DNA of 64,000 nt. Origin: an uncultured virus (IMG/VR IMGVR_UViG_2841800567_000007) (lineage: Duplodnaviria; Heunggongvirae; Uroviricota; Caudoviricetes). Positions 9,045-19,215 of this stretch are shown here, one piece after another; within the stretch, counting starts at the first letter, position 1, and each line of letters starts with the position of its first letter. Under the pieces are notes generated by a model. It worked only from the letters and a program-made list of their open reading frames with translations. It was not told the DNA's origin and did no database searches. Where the stretch lies: IMG/VR virus record IMGVR_UViG_2841800567_000007; one strand, given 5' to 3'. The translations under genes and the position numbers were made by a program.

Positions 9045-9763
9045 ACAAACTGATTTCAGCAGTCAATAACCGTGACGCTGGCATGCTGGCAAACATGATG
9101 GGCCACCAGCAACAGCGCGTGGTCAATGCCGAAGCCGAAAAGCTGGTGGACGCGCTGTTTGAAAATCTCCTGCGGATCTTCCCGGCGGCACAGAACACGG
9201 TGCTACGGACGGCTGAGGACGTGGCCGCAATGAAGCGCCAGTGGATTCTGGCCTTTGCGGAGAATGGTATTACGACCGTTGAGCAGCTTCGTGCCGGGAT
9301 GCGCATGGCGCGCCAGCAGGGTAATGACTTCTGGCCCTCCTGTGGCAAATTCATTGGGTGGTGTCGTGAGAGTGCCCGCCTCGCTGCTGGTTTGCCTTCT
9401 GATGATGACGTTATGGATGAATTTCAGCGCTATGCGCGCGAGCGCCATCAATACGCAACGCCGGAAGACTTTCCGTGGGCGCATGAAGTGATGTACTGGG
9501 TTGTCCTGGATGTTCGCCACCTGATGCACCAGCACAATTACACCGAAGCCGAGGTGTTACGGTCGATCAAATCTCATATGCGCAAATGGGAACGAGAGCT
9601 GGAAGCCGGAAGGGGGATCCCGAAGCCGGTTATGCAGCTGGAAGATAAACGTCGCCCACCAGCAGCGGCAGACATTCTTGATCCTACAGGTTCGGCGGCT
9701 TTTCGGCAGTCCGGTGAGGCATTTCTGGCACTTATCAGAGCAAGACAGCAGGGGAAAAATTAA
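9041..9763 (+). CDS. Replication protein P-like helicase loader
   Basis: KRQWILAFAENGITT...FWPSCGKFIGWC. Confidence 0.85.
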   Translation: MNKLISAVNNRDAGMLANMMGHQQQRVVNAEAEKLVDALFENLLRIFPAAQNTVLRTAEDVAAMKRQWILAFAENGITTVEQLRAGMRMARQQGNDFWPSCGKFIGWCRESARLAAGLPSDDDVMDEFQRYARERHQYATPEDFPWAHEVMYWVVLDVRHLMHQHNYTEAEVLRSIKSHMRKWERELEAGRGIPKPVMQLEDKRRPPAAADILDPTGSAAFRQSGEAFLALIRARQQGKN

Positions 9764-9764
9764 A

Positions 9765-10652
9765 GTGAGTTTAAATGCATATAGTCAGTCTTTAGAAGCT
9801 CTGCGTAATCAGAAAAGCCACGAACTGAAAGAGGTTGGCGATCAGTGGCGCACACCGGAACTGCTGTTCTGGGGCATCAATGCGTTGTTTGGGCCACTGA
9901 TGCTGGATTTGTTCGCCGACGACAGTAACGCCAAATGCCCGGTCTGGTATACAGCCGAAGATAACGCTCTGACTCAGGATTGGGCCGAGATGTTGGTTGC
10001 AATCGGCGGGGCAGCATTCGGCAATCCGCCCTATAGCCGATCGCAATACGACGGTAAGCAGGCGATCACCGGCATGAGTCATATCATGAGCTATGCCTCT
10101 TCCATGCGTGAGAAGGGGGGGCGCTATGTGTTCCTTATCAAAGCGGCGCCAAGTGAAACATGGTGGCCCGAAGATGCTGATCATATTGTTTTCATCCGTG
10201 GCCGCATCGGCTTTGATCTTCCTGCATGGTTTATCCCGGCAGACGAGAAACAGCAGCCTACCAGCGCATTTTTTGCTGGTGCTATTGTGGTATTTGATAA
10301 GGCCTGGCGGGGTGAGCGCTTCAGCTACATCCACCGCAGTGATCTGGAGGCTAAGGGGCGTGCATTTATGTCGCTGGCCCAATTTGCCGTGGCAAAAGTG
10401 GAACCGCCAGCTCCGGCGAAAGAGGTTACTTTTGCTGCTGTGGATCTGCCAGAGGTAGAGTCCCGTATCTGGCCGTTGGAAGTTGGTCTGGTGTTCAATC
10501 AGGTTGAGGGGGCGGATTCTCTGGAGTTGGCCCAGCAGAACAAGCTGAAGGCGAACATCAATCAGCTCTGGCTTGAGCGCATGCCCACCAGCGAAATAAT
10601 CACTGTGGCTGGTGGTCTGGTCAACAGCATGCAGGGAGCCGTCAATGCGTGA
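9765..10652 (+). CDS. Phage DNA N6-adenine methyltransferase (Dam-like) with C-terminal extension
   Basis: DQWRTP, LDLFA, NPPYS, FIRGRIGF motifs. Confidence 0.88.
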   Translation: MSLNAYSQSLEALRNQKSHELKEVGDQWRTPELLFWGINALFGPLMLDLFADDSNAKCPVWYTAEDNALTQDWAEMLVAIGGAAFGNPPYSRSQYDGKQAITGMSHIMSYASSMREKGGRYVFLIKAAPSETWWPEDADHIVFIRGRIGFDLPAWFIPADEKQQPTSAFFAGAIVVFDKAWRGERFSYIHRSDLEAKGRAFMSLAQFAVAKVEPPAPAKEVTFAAVDLPEVESRIWPLEVGLVFNQVEGADSLELAQQNKLKANINQLWLERMPTSEIITVAGGLVNSMQGAVNA

Positions 10653-12372
10653 AATTATCGTTGATAACTTTGCTGGTGGTGGCGGCGCGAGTACCGGGAT
10701 CGAGCTGGCGATCGGGCGTAGTGTGGATATTGCCATCAATCACGACGAAAACGCGATCGCCATGCACAAAACTAACCACCCCGACACCCTGCATTACTGC
10801 GAATCCGTCTTTGATGTGGATCCGGTGGCTGCTACCGGCGGCAACCCCGTTGCACTGGCCTGGTTCAGCCCTGATTGCCGCCATTTTTCAAAGGCAAAAG
10901 GCGCTAAGCCGGTTAAGAAAGAGATTCGCGGGCTGGCGTGGATTGTCCTGCGCTGGGCGCTGGCGGTACGTCCCCGCGTCATGATGCTGGAGAACGTCGA
11001 GGAGTTTAAGACGTGGGGGCCGCTTCTGGCAGAGGAAATGCGCCCGGATCCTGCGCGTACCGGCGAAACGTTCGCGGCCTTTGTCGGTATGCTGTCTACC
11101 GGGATCCAGAGTGACCATCCGGCTCTGGTTGAGGTATGCGAGTTCCTGTCTATCCCGCCAGACGGTAAGCAGGCCCGGGCACTGGTTAACGGGCTGGGAT
11201 ACTGCATTGATTACCGAGAGCTGCGGGCCTGCGACTTCGGCGCGCCGACGATCCGCAAGCGGTTCTTCATGGTCATGCGCTGTGATGGTGAGGAAATTCA
11301 CTGGCCCGAGCCAACACATGGCGATCCTAAATCGCTGGAGGTTCAAAGCGGCAGACTGGCGCCATGGCGTACCGCGGCGGAGTGTATCGACTGGTCAATC
11401 CCCTGTCAGAGCATTTTTGAGCGTCCAAAGCCGCTGGCGGAAAATACGCTGAAGCGCATTGCGCGTGGTATCGAGCGGTTTGTACTGAACAATCCGACGC
11501 CGTTTATTGTGAAGTGTAATCACACCAGCAGCCGCACGGCCTATGACTGCTTCCGTGGGCAGGACATTGATAGTCCGCTACAGACTATTACCAAAACCCA
11601 TGGATACGCTGTCGTTACCCCGTTTATTGCCGGTAATGGTGGGAGCGAATATCAGGCTAAGCCGCGGGCGATAAATAAACCGGCCCACACGGTGTTGAAA
11701 GAGTCCCGCGCCTGTCTGGTAGCGCCGATGATAGCCCGCCAGTTTGGTAACAGTACCGGACACGGCGCAGACGAGCCTAACGGAACGGTAACTGCTGGCG
11801 GCGGTGGAAAGTCGCAGCTGGTGACGACCTTTCTGGCAAAGCACTTCGGCGGTAATTATATGGGGCCGGGTGCCGCTATGGATGCGCCTGCGCATACCGT
11901 AACGACCACCGATCACCATGCTGTTGTGACTTCACACCTGGTTCACCTGCGCGGTACCTGCAAAGACGGCCGGAAAGTGGATCAGCCCATGCCTACGGTG
12001 ACCGCCGGCGGCCTGCATATCGGAGAGGTTCGCGCCTTCCTGATGAAGTACTACGGCAATGAAAAAAGCGGCGTATCACTGGATGAACCGCTGGGAACCG
12101 TCACAACTAATGATCGCTTTGGCCTGGTAACGGTTGATGGTGCCGACTACCAGATCGTCGATATTGGCATGCGCATGTTGCAGCCCCATGAGTTGTATAA
12201 GGCTCAGGGTTTTCCTGAAGGTTACATTATCGATCGTGATTATCGCGGGCAGCGCTATGCAAAAGACAAGCAGGTTGCGCGCTGTGGTAACGCCGTTCCG
12301 CCGCCTTTCGCCCGAGCGCTGGTGGAGGCTAACCTGCCCGAGTTATGCAACCAGCAGCGGGAGGTTGCATGA
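10645..12372 (+). CDS. Phage DNA cytosine-5 methyltransferase
   Basis: FAGGGG, SPDCRHFS, ENV, RKRFF, GNAV motifs. Confidence 0.92.
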   Translation: MREIIVDNFAGGGGASTGIELAIGRSVDIAINHDENAIAMHKTNHPDTLHYCESVFDVDPVAATGGNPVALAWFSPDCRHFSKAKGAKPVKKEIRGLAWIVLRWALAVRPRVMMLENVEEFKTWGPLLAEEMRPDPARTGETFAAFVGMLSTGIQSDHPALVEVCEFLSIPPDGKQARALVNGLGYCIDYRELRACDFGAPTIRKRFFMVMRCDGEEIHWPEPTHGDPKSLEVQSGRLAPWRTAAECIDWSIPCQSIFERPKPLAENTLKRIARGIERFVLNNPTPFIVKCNHTSSRTAYDCFRGQDIDSPLQTITKTHGYAVVTPFIAGNGGSEYQAKPRAINKPAHTVLKESRACLVAPMIARQFGNSTGHGADEPNGTVTAGGGGKSQLVTTFLAKHFGGNYMGPGAAMDAPAHTVTTTDHHAVVTSHLVHLRGTCKDGRKVDQPMPTVTAGGLHIGEVRAFLMKYYGNEKSGVSLDEPLGTVTTNDRFGLVTVDGADYQIVDIGMRMLQPHELYKAQGFPEGYIIDRDYRGQRYAKDKQVARCGNAVPPPFARALVEANLPELCNQQREVA

Positions 12373-13436
12373 GAGCGCTGTTAACCCCTGAAGTTGTGCC
12401 ACGCCTTGGCGTGGTGCTGCTCAAACCGGGCAAAGAGTTAATGCGCCTGTTCTCCGCTGGACGCGTGCTGGTGGAGTCAGAACCGGAGAACATGGTCAGG
12501 CTGCCAACCGGCCGTGTACCGGATGCCCGACAGCCGCTGGCGGAGGATGAAGCGCTGATCCCATTTTTCACTGATGAGCGGGTTATCCGCGCTGCGGGTG
12601 GACTTTCCGGGCTGGAGCACTGGCTTGAGTGGAATGCCTGTGAATGCCAGTATCCGCACTCTGATTATCACCATCATGAGCTGGTGACCATGCGACACGC
12701 TCCGGGCGCAATGATGCTCTGCTGGCACTGTGATAACAGACTTCGCGAGCAGTCAACCGAGCTATTGGCTGGTATAGCGCGCCGTAACGTCATTGACTGG
12801 ATCATTGATACCGTTCTGGTCGGTCTTCGATTTAATCGCGAGCGGGAATTGTCAATTGCCGAGCTGTGCTGGTGGGCGGTTTACGTTGGTGTGGTTGACG
12901 CTATCCCGGAGGCGTTGGCCGCCCGGGCGCTGCAGTTGCCATATGAGCCGTTCCCGGCGGTTTACAGGGAAAGTGACATCGTTGCCGCCGACAACCGGCC
13001 CAGCGTCGTCCTGCAGGGGAAAGCTAAAGCTGCAGGCGAGCGGAAAAAGTGCAGTCCAGTCGGGAATCAGCATGTGATGCAGGAGCAGCAGCCTAATGTT
13101 TTAGCATTGAGCGCAGATCCTGAATCACCGGAGTCGTTCATGTTACGGCCTAAGCGCCGACGCTGGGAAAATGAGAAATATACGCGCTGGGTAAAAAGTC
13201 AGCCCTGCGAGTGTTGTCGCCGTCCGGCAGACGATCCGCATCATGTTATCGGTTATGGGATGGGTGGTACTGCTACCAAAGCCCACGACCTGTTCGTGTT
13301 CCCTCTGTGCAGAGAGTGCCACGACAAATTGCATGCCGATGTAGCGGCGTTCGAGCAGAAATATGGCACGCAGCTGGAGCTGCTGTTTCGTTTTCTGGAT
13401 CGGACGCTGGCCATCGGCGTAATAGTTAAAGCGTAA
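12369..13436 (+). CDS. DUF968 (YdfU-like) protein with C-terminal HNH-like Zn motif
   Basis: MRALLTPEV..., DPESPESFMLRPKRRRW, CxxC...DPHH...CRECH. Confidence 0.85.
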   Translation: MRALLTPEVVPRLGVVLLKPGKELMRLFSAGRVLVESEPENMVRLPTGRVPDARQPLAEDEALIPFFTDERVIRAAGGLSGLEHWLEWNACECQYPHSDYHHHELVTMRHAPGAMMLCWHCDNRLREQSTELLAGIARRNVIDWIIDTVLVGLRFNRERELSIAELCWWAVYVGVVDAIPEALAARALQLPYEPFPAVYRESDIVAADNRPSVVLQGKAKAAGERKKCSPVGNQHVMQEQQPNVLALSADPESPESFMLRPKRRRWENEKYTRWVKSQPCECCRRPADDPHHVIGYGMGGTATKAHDLFVFPLCRECHDKLHADVAAFEQKYGTQLELLFRFLDRTLAIGVIVKA

Positions 13437-13457
13437 GTGTATGGAGCGCTAATCTGA

Positions 13458-14153
13458 ATGAACTTACAGGCCATTGAATATACCCGGATAGAAGTAAGGC
13501 GCGCCCTGGCGAATTTATCTGAGGGGACAAAGGGGCAGCTGCAGGCGTTTAGCGAACATCCACCAGCAGACAAAAATAAAACGCCCCGCTGCGGGCAGCC
13601 TCTTGTCGAACTGGAGGACGGGGAAGGTTGTGGGCGGTCAGTTGTTAAGGCATTAACATCACCCGTTTATGTGTTGGAAACCAGAAGCCGGCGGCGGCCA
13701 TTACCTCCGATACAGGATTGCGAGTTCAATTATGCCCCATGGCGCCGGGTAATAAATTCGCTGGATGAGCACCAGCAGGCCTGGATCCGTTACTGCTACG
13801 GTTTCGATCTAAACTTCAGGTACCAGACGCTGATGTGCCAGCACGTGTGGAATGAGTTCCTGAATTGCCGGGTAGAGAAGAAGCTGCAATCACGGGTAAT
13901 GAAAAAACTGGTAGGTCTGGTCTGGCTGGCTGCGCAGGAGGTTGCGGCGGCCAGAAGCAATGACACTTATAAAGAGTATGCTGGTGCAGCCCTGGCGCGC
14001 ATGTTATCTGTGGATCGGTCAACATGGTTACGGGTGTATGCGGTTTACTGGGCGAAGTTTAAAGCGGCATTTGAGGCTCTTGACACTCATGCACTGCAAA
14101 CCATTTTCATCAGGCATGAAGGACTGGAAGTTGCTAACGCGCTGGAAATGTGA
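13458..14153 (+). CDS. Late antiterminator Q
   Basis: TKGQLQAF, ETRSRRRP, WIRYCYG; position before the late promoter; homologous to 41939-42625. Confidence 0.85.
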   Translation: MNLQAIEYTRIEVRRALANLSEGTKGQLQAFSEHPPADKNKTPRCGQPLVELEDGEGCGRSVVKALTSPVYVLETRSRRRPLPPIQDCEFNYAPWRRVINSLDEHQQAWIRYCYGFDLNFRYQTLMCQHVWNEFLNCRVEKKLQSRVMKKLVGLVWLAAQEVAAARSNDTYKEYAGAALARMLSVDRSTWLRVYAVYWAKFKAAFEALDTHALQTIFIRHEGLEVANALEM

Positions 14154-14183
14154 CCTAAATTTCACTATCTCCTTCTAATGGGC

Positions 14184-14272
14184 TTGCAAAATGCAACAAA
14201 ATGAGCCATATTTAAGGCTAATTTGATATTTTGTCAGAGTTGTATCCAACCTCGCTCCGGCGGGGTTTTTTT
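14184..14272 (+). promoter_or_regulatory. Late promoter pR' and terminator tR'
   Basis: TTGCAA-17bp-CATATT (14184-14212), then hairpin and T-run (14248-14272); same layout at 42611. Confidence 0.65.
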
Positions 14273-14351
14273 ATGTGTTTTGCAATGACTTCTTGCTGTC
14301 GTGGGCGACGAGAGCTATCTGTATGTCACGCCGAGATAAAGGATAAAAGAC

Positions 14352-14543
14352 ATGCAAAATCAGCCATATATGACAGAGGAAGCTAAAGCAGTTTTTGATG
14401 AACTGAGCACTACACCAGCAACTGCTGGTGAAATTGCCGAGAATACTTACCTGAGCCTTGCCCGTTGCGAATTTATACTCACGCAGTTAGTTCTTGCGGG
14501 GCTGTCATTTTATCAGTTTGGATGTTACAAGCGCCCCCATTAA
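14352..14543 (+). CDS. Small wHTH-like phage protein
   Basis: PATAGEIAENTYLSLARCEFILTQL; typical post-Q position. Confidence 0.6.
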   Translation: MQNQPYMTEEAKAVFDELSTTPATAGEIAENTYLSLARCEFILTQLVLAGLSFYQFGCYKRPH

Positions 14544-14693
14544 TGGAGGCTTCTGCTGTGGAAATGGGCGGCTGGTGGGTGTTGGTAGCATCCGACCAGC
14601 CATTCGCTCATGTAAGAAGGTCACAAGCGAACCGAGGCCCACTGCTTTAGCGCTAAAGCACAGTGAGCCTATCAGAGACCCGCTTACTGATCT

Positions 14694-15746
14694 ATGAAAA
14701 ATACTGTAAAAATAAACAGTGTTGAGTTAATCAACGCTGACTGCCTGCATTACATCGCCACCCTTCCTGATAACTCCATCGATCTCATTGTTACCGATCC
14801 GCCTTACTTCAAAGTGAAGCCAAACGGATGGGACAACCAGTGGAAGGGGGATGAAGACTATCTTCGCTGGCTTGATCGCTGCCTGGCTGAATTCTGGCGG
14901 GTGTTGAAACCTGCCGGTAGCATTTACCTGTTTTGCGGTCACCGACTTGCTGCGGATATCGAAATCTTAATGCGCGACCGTTTCAGTATCCTGAACCACA
15001 TCATCTGGGCTAAACCGAGTGGTCGCTGGAATGGCTGCAATAAAGAAAGCCTGCGCGCGTATTTCCCGGCCACTGAGCGTGTTCTGTTTGCTGAGCACTA
15101 TCAGGGACCATGCAAACCCAAAGATGATGGCTGCGCGGCAAAATGTGGTGAACTCAAACAGCATGTGCTGACACCGCTTATCACCTATTTTCAGGATGCG
15201 CGGGAAGCCCTTGGCGTTACCTCGAAACAAATCGCCGAGGCCACTGGCAAGAAGAACATGGTTTCGCACTGGTTTGGTTCCAGCCAGTGGCAGCTGCCGG
15301 GTGAAGCGGATTACCTCAAATTACAGAAGCTTTTTACCCGGATCGCTATCGAGAAGCATCAGCGTGCCGAACTGGCGCAGCCTCATCACCAACTGGTGGC
15401 AACATACCAGTCACTGAACCGTAAATATTCCGAGCTGCTGGAGGAGTACAAATCCCTTCGGCGGTACTTTGCCGTGTCGGTGACCGTGCCATACACCGAT
15501 GTATGGGTGCATAAACCCGTCCAGTTTTATCCCGGCAAACATCCCTGCGAAAAGCCTGCTGATATGCTGAAGCAAATCATCAGCGCGAGTAGCAGACCCG
15601 GGGATGTGGTAGCTGATTTCTTCATGGGGTCCGGTTCCACATTAAAGGCGGCGATCGATTTAGGTCGTAAAGCTATTGGCGTCGAACTGGAAACAGAGCG
15701 GTTTAACCAGACCGTTGAAGAAATCAGTGCGTTACCAGAAAAATAA
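14694..15746 (+). CDS. Beta-class N4/N6 DNA methyltransferase
   Basis: DPPY precedes HPCEKP and DFFMGSGST. Confidence 0.92.
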   Translation: MKNTVKINSVELINADCLHYIATLPDNSIDLIVTDPPYFKVKPNGWDNQWKGDEDYLRWLDRCLAEFWRVLKPAGSIYLFCGHRLAADIEILMRDRFSILNHIIWAKPSGRWNGCNKESLRAYFPATERVLFAEHYQGPCKPKDDGCAAKCGELKQHVLTPLITYFQDAREALGVTSKQIAEATGKKNMVSHWFGSSQWQLPGEADYLKLQKLFTRIAIEKHQRAELAQPHHQLVATYQSLNRKYSELLEEYKSLRRYFAVSVTVPYTDVWVHKPVQFYPGKHPCEKPADMLKQIISASSRPGDVVADFFMGSGSTLKAAIDLGRKAIGVELETERFNQTVEEISALPEK

Positions 15747-15924
15747 ACGGCTCACTCAATGAGCCGAAAGCGACATCAATCGGCTCACCACGTTTGTCAT
15801 GCTGTGGTGGTCATCCTTTTCAGGCTCAGGGTTTCATCCTCGATATAGCCATGTAGCACCACGACCCTGATGCCTGAATTTCCCCCCAACACAGCACCTC
15901 GAACATCACTTCGGAGGTGGATTC

Positions 15925-16257
15925 ATGAACCATGCAAACGGGATTTTTGAGCAAACTATGAAATGGATCGCGATGTACCTCCCTTCGGTATACGCAGGTC
16001 TGTGCGCCCTGGGCATCTCAGCGCTGATCGACATCAGGGCGGGAAAGCCGAAGCTGTACACCGCAACGGGAGCGCTGATCTGCGGTATTTTCGCCCTGGC
16101 CATTTCAGCATTACTTGAATACTTTGGCCTCCCTGCTAATTCCGGCGCGTTTGTTGGTGCGCTGGTGGGCTTCGTTGGTGCTGATCGCCTCCGCGATATG
16201 GCGCTGGCTGTTGTCTCCAGGAGAGCCGGCATCAACACAACGGAGAGCAATAAATGA
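15925..16257 (+). CDS. Lambda-family holin
   Basis: Three hydrophobic segments, GFVGADRLR; directly upstream of the lysin. Confidence 0.85.
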   Translation: MNHANGIFEQTMKWIAMYLPSVYAGLCALGISALIDIRAGKPKLYTATGALICGIFALAISALLEYFGLPANSGAFVGALVGFVGADRLRDMALAVVSRRAGINTTESNK

Positions 16258-16661
16258 CAGCACGTGGGATCCGCAATAATAACCCCGGCAATATCCGCTG
16301 GGGCGACGAGTGGAAGGGGTTGGTACCTGAAACTCAGCGTACTGATAAATCATTCTGTCAATTCAAATCGGCGGAGTATGGCATTCGGGCGATGATCATC
16401 ATTTTGCGCAATTACCAGCGTAAACATGGGCTCAGCACCATCAGCGGGATCATAAACCGCTGGGCACCGACCAATGAGAACGACACGCAGTCCTATATCA
16501 ATAGTGTAGCGAAAGCGACGGGCGTTGATCCCGACCAGCGTATCGATACCAGCGACAGCCGATTCATGATGAAGCTGTTGCAGGCCATCATTCAGCATGA
16601 GAACGGGGACCAGCCGTACAGCTTTGATGTTTTCGTTAAGGCTATCGATCTGGCGGGGTGA
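16254..16661 (+). CDS. Putative endolysin (RGIRNNNPGNI lysozyme-like family)
   Basis: RGIRNNNPGNIR, RWAPxxENDT, AIIQHENG; lies between holin and Rz. Confidence 0.75.
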   Translation: MTARGIRNNNPGNIRWGDEWKGLVPETQRTDKSFCQFKSAEYGIRAMIIILRNYQRKHGLSTISGIINRWAPTNENDTQSYINSVAKATGVDPDQRIDTSDSRFMMKLLQAIIQHENGDQPYSFDVFVKAIDLAG

Positions 16662-16664
16662 CAG

Positions 16665-17204
16665 ATGTTCTCTCTGCTGAAGACATTCTGGAAGCCGCTG
16701 GCGATCATACTGCTGGTGGTCATTGCGTTTGTAACGGGTGATAGCTGGCGCGATCGAGCGTGGCGAATAAAATGGGCCGATCGTGACAGCGCAGAGTCCT
16801 CACAGGCTGCTAACGCGCAAACTGCTGCCCGAATGATTGAACAAGGGCGCATTATTGCCCGTGATGAGGCCGTGAAAGATGCACAAACGCAAGCCGCAAA
16901 AGCTGCTGCCACTGCTGCTGGTCTGTCTGCCACTGTTAGCCAGCTGCAGCAACAAGCCAAAAAACTTGCCACCCGCCTGGACGCCGCAAAGCACACCGCA
17001 GATCTTGCCGCTACCGTCCGAAGCAAAACAGCCAGCGCCAACGCCGGAATGCTCGCCGACGTGCTCGGAGATATTGCAGCAGAAGCTCAACGTTATGCTG
17101 GAATCGCTGACGAACGCTACCGCGCTGGAATGACGTGCGAGAGGGTTTACGAGTCGGTGAGAGCATCAAACAACAACCCCATCAATCAGGAGCCTCGCAA
17201 ATAG
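16665..17204 (+). CDS. i-spanin (Rz, DUF2514-like)
   Basis: N-terminal TM, Ala-rich coiled coil, C-terminal GxTCExxY. Confidence 0.85.
   Translation: MFSLLKTFWKPLAIILLVVIAFVTGDSWRDRAWRIKWADRDSAESSQAANAQTAARMIEQGRIIARDEAVKDAQTQAAKAAATAAGLSATVSQLQQQAKKLATRLDAAKHTADLAATVRSKTASANAGMLADVLGDIAAEAQRYAGIADERYRAGMTCERVYESVRASNNNPINQEPRK
16879..17133 (+). CDS. Embedded o-spanin lipoprotein (Rz1-like)
   Basis: +1 frame inside Rz; basic N-terminus, hydrophobic core, LASC lipobox, Pro-rich mature part. Confidence 0.8.
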   Translation: MHKRKPQKLLPLLLVCLPLLASCSNKPKNLPPAWTPQSTPQILPLPSEAKQPAPTPECSPTCSEILQQKLNVMLESLTNATALE

Positions 17205-17215
17205 CGGGGCTTTTT
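17191..17215 (+). terminator. Intrinsic terminator after Rz
   Basis: AGCCTCGC-loop-GCGGGGCT followed by T-run. Confidence 0.6.
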
Positions 17216-17340
17216 CTTGCGCATCGTACGCGCTTATCAACGAGAGTCTTTCAGAAGTGAGCCTGGGGAATGCCGTGAAGGTGGCGACCTCTCTCGGGCG
17301 GCATTTCCGTACGACAGGCTCACACCTTAAAGGAAACGCA

Positions 17341-17766
17341 ATGAAGAAATTTATATTTAGCATTATTACAGAGGTTATTAATTACGGTCTTATCGCAAGT
17401 CTGATACTGGCTGTAGTAACGGATAATCACAGCATCCTGAATATTACAGCGGCCACATTTTGGATAATTATTCTCCTGGGATGCTTTTTTGGCCCTGCAC
17501 ATGTGGTTGTTGCCTATGGGATTGAATGCACGAAAGATGAGAAAGCGCGAGCTGATGGCATCGCTGCATTAACGCGGTTTACAAAACGGAAGAATATTAT
17601 TCGCCGTGCGTGGGGGTGGTTATGCCTCGCTGTAGTAACCGCGCTGCTTGCGTATGGCGGGTGGGTATTTACGGCCGTGTGTTACGTTCTGGCGTCTCTG
17701 TTCGTCCAGCTGTGCGCTTCGCTCTCTCGTAGCAAACTCAGTAAGTACACTGAACTGCACGCGTAG
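17341..17766 (+). CDS. Multi-pass membrane protein
   Basis: About four hydrophobic segments; AAGGA RBS before ATG 17341. Confidence 0.7.
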   Translation: MKKFIFSIITEVINYGLIASLILAVVTDNHSILNITAATFWIIILLGCFFGPAHVVVAYGIECTKDEKARADGIAALTRFTKRKNIIRRAWGWLCLAVVTALLAYGGWVFTAVCYVLASLFVQLCASLSRSKLSKYTELHA

Positions 17767-17774
17767 GCTTTGGA

Positions 17775-18317
17775 ATGAATACTACTATCTGTATAGCCAG
17801 CGGCCCATCACTCACAGCTGAGGATTGTTTACTGGCTACAAATTCGGGTCATCCGATTATTGCTGTTAACTCCAGCTGGGAAGTCGTACCAGAATGCCAG
17901 CATATTTACGCTGCCGATTTCAGCTGGTGGGAGAAGTATCACGGTGCCGTGCCATCTGGATCACAATGCTGGACCAGCAGTGTTTCTGCTACACACCTCT
18001 ACAGGCTGAATCACTTTGCCCATCCGGACAAAGAATCTTTCAACTCAGGGCTTCGCGCGATACAGCTCGCTATCAGTTTGGGCGCGCATCGCGTCTTGCT
18101 GCTTGGCTATGACTGCTGTATCGAGGCTGGTTCACACTGGCACGGTGATCACCCTGTAGGTCTGAAGAATCCAGATAGCTCCAGTGTCGAGCGCTGGCAT
18201 GCTGAATACTCCCGTCTGGCCGCTACTCTCAGCGGCATAGAAATACTGAACTGCTCGCGTCGTTCGGCGCTGGCTTGTTTCCCGCTTTCAACCATTGAGG
18301 CCGCATTACATGCCTGA
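17775..18317 (+). CDS. Maf/GT42-like putative glycosyltransferase (phage 'morphogenetic' family)
   Basis: IASGPS, AVN, NSGLRAIQLAISLGAHRVLLLGYD, HWHGDH, ILNCS motifs. Confidence 0.6.
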   Translation: MNTTICIASGPSLTAEDCLLATNSGHPIIAVNSSWEVVPECQHIYAADFSWWEKYHGAVPSGSQCWTSSVSATHLYRLNHFAHPDKESFNSGLRAIQLAISLGAHRVLLLGYDCCIEAGSHWHGDHPVGLKNPDSSSVERWHAEYSRLAATLSGIEILNCSRRSALACFPLSTIEAALHA

Positions 18318-19215
18318 AAAACTTTATTTCGACGGAATGCAGGGCATCGGAGACAACATAAACCAGCGGGCGTTTATCAAAGCGCTGGTGGCTAAAGGTC
18401 ATGAGGTATGGCTTAAAACGCCGTTACCTGAGATTTACGCCGGTATTCCTAACCTTCATTTTGTTCGCTCTGGCACTACGTTACGCACTCAGAAAAAGAA
18501 TGAAGAGCGTACTGCTGCGAAGTTCGAACCTATGCCACATGGTATCCCTCGCCAGCGCATTTTCTACGGTAACAGCCACCTGCGAGAAGGTAGCGTGTTT
18601 GATGCGATGGAAAAGCAATTTGGCATAGCGCCCGCTGAAATGGATCTACCGCATTATGAGCTGCCCTTTATCGGCATTCCTGCAGGCAAGCCGGTAGCGT
18701 TGATTCGACCAACGATTGAGCGTACCGAATGGCATAACGCCAGCCGTGGGCCACTAAATGAATATGTTGATGTGGTGGCGCGCATGTTGGCGCAGAGAGG
18801 TTGGCATGTTATCAGCATTGCTGACACTGAGCCGGGTCTTGAGTGGATCCCCGATATTGAACCTCTGGCCCATCAGAAATTCCACCGTGGTGAGTTGACT
18901 ATTTCCGGGATGCTGGCGCTGGTGGAGCGTGCTGATCTGGTCGTCACTGGTGCCTGTGTGATTATGCACGCCGCGATCGCCTACCAACGGCCAATGATTT
19001 GCCTGCAGGGAGGGAACGGCGGCAACAACCATCATTTAAAAGTGACGGATTCACGTTGCTGCGATCTGAGCAATTCGCTGTTTATCTACCCTGATGATTA
19101 CTGCCGTTGTCAGGAAATGAAACATAACTGTAACAAAACTATCAGCAACCTGAGTGCCCGGGTGTCACCGTTTATTGAGCAGATTTATACCAGTATGAAA
19201 GCAGAGGCCGTATGA
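18310..19215 (+). CDS. GT9-like (heptosyltransferase-fold) glycosyltransferase
   Basis: GIGD N-terminal motif, LALVERADLVV...MHAAIA..P, C-terminal Cys cluster. Confidence 0.7.
   Translation: MPEKLYFDGMQGIGDNINQRAFIKALVAKGHEVWLKTPLPEIYAGIPNLHFVRSGTTLRTQKKNEERTAAKFEPMPHGIPRQRIFYGNSHLREGSVFDAMEKQFGIAPAEMDLPHYELPFIGIPAGKPVALIRPTIERTEWHNASRGPLNEYVDVVARMLAQRGWHVISIADTEPGLEWIPDIEPLAHQKFHRGELTISGMLALVERADLVVTGACVIMHAAIAYQRPMICLQGGNGGNNHHLKVTDSRCCDLSNSLFIYPDDYCRCQEMKHNCNKTISNLSARVSPFIEQIYTSMKAEAV

Noticed and set aside
9792..10739. 315-aa minus-strand ORF
   Set aside because: Antisense shadow of the Dam-like gene; no recognisable motifs
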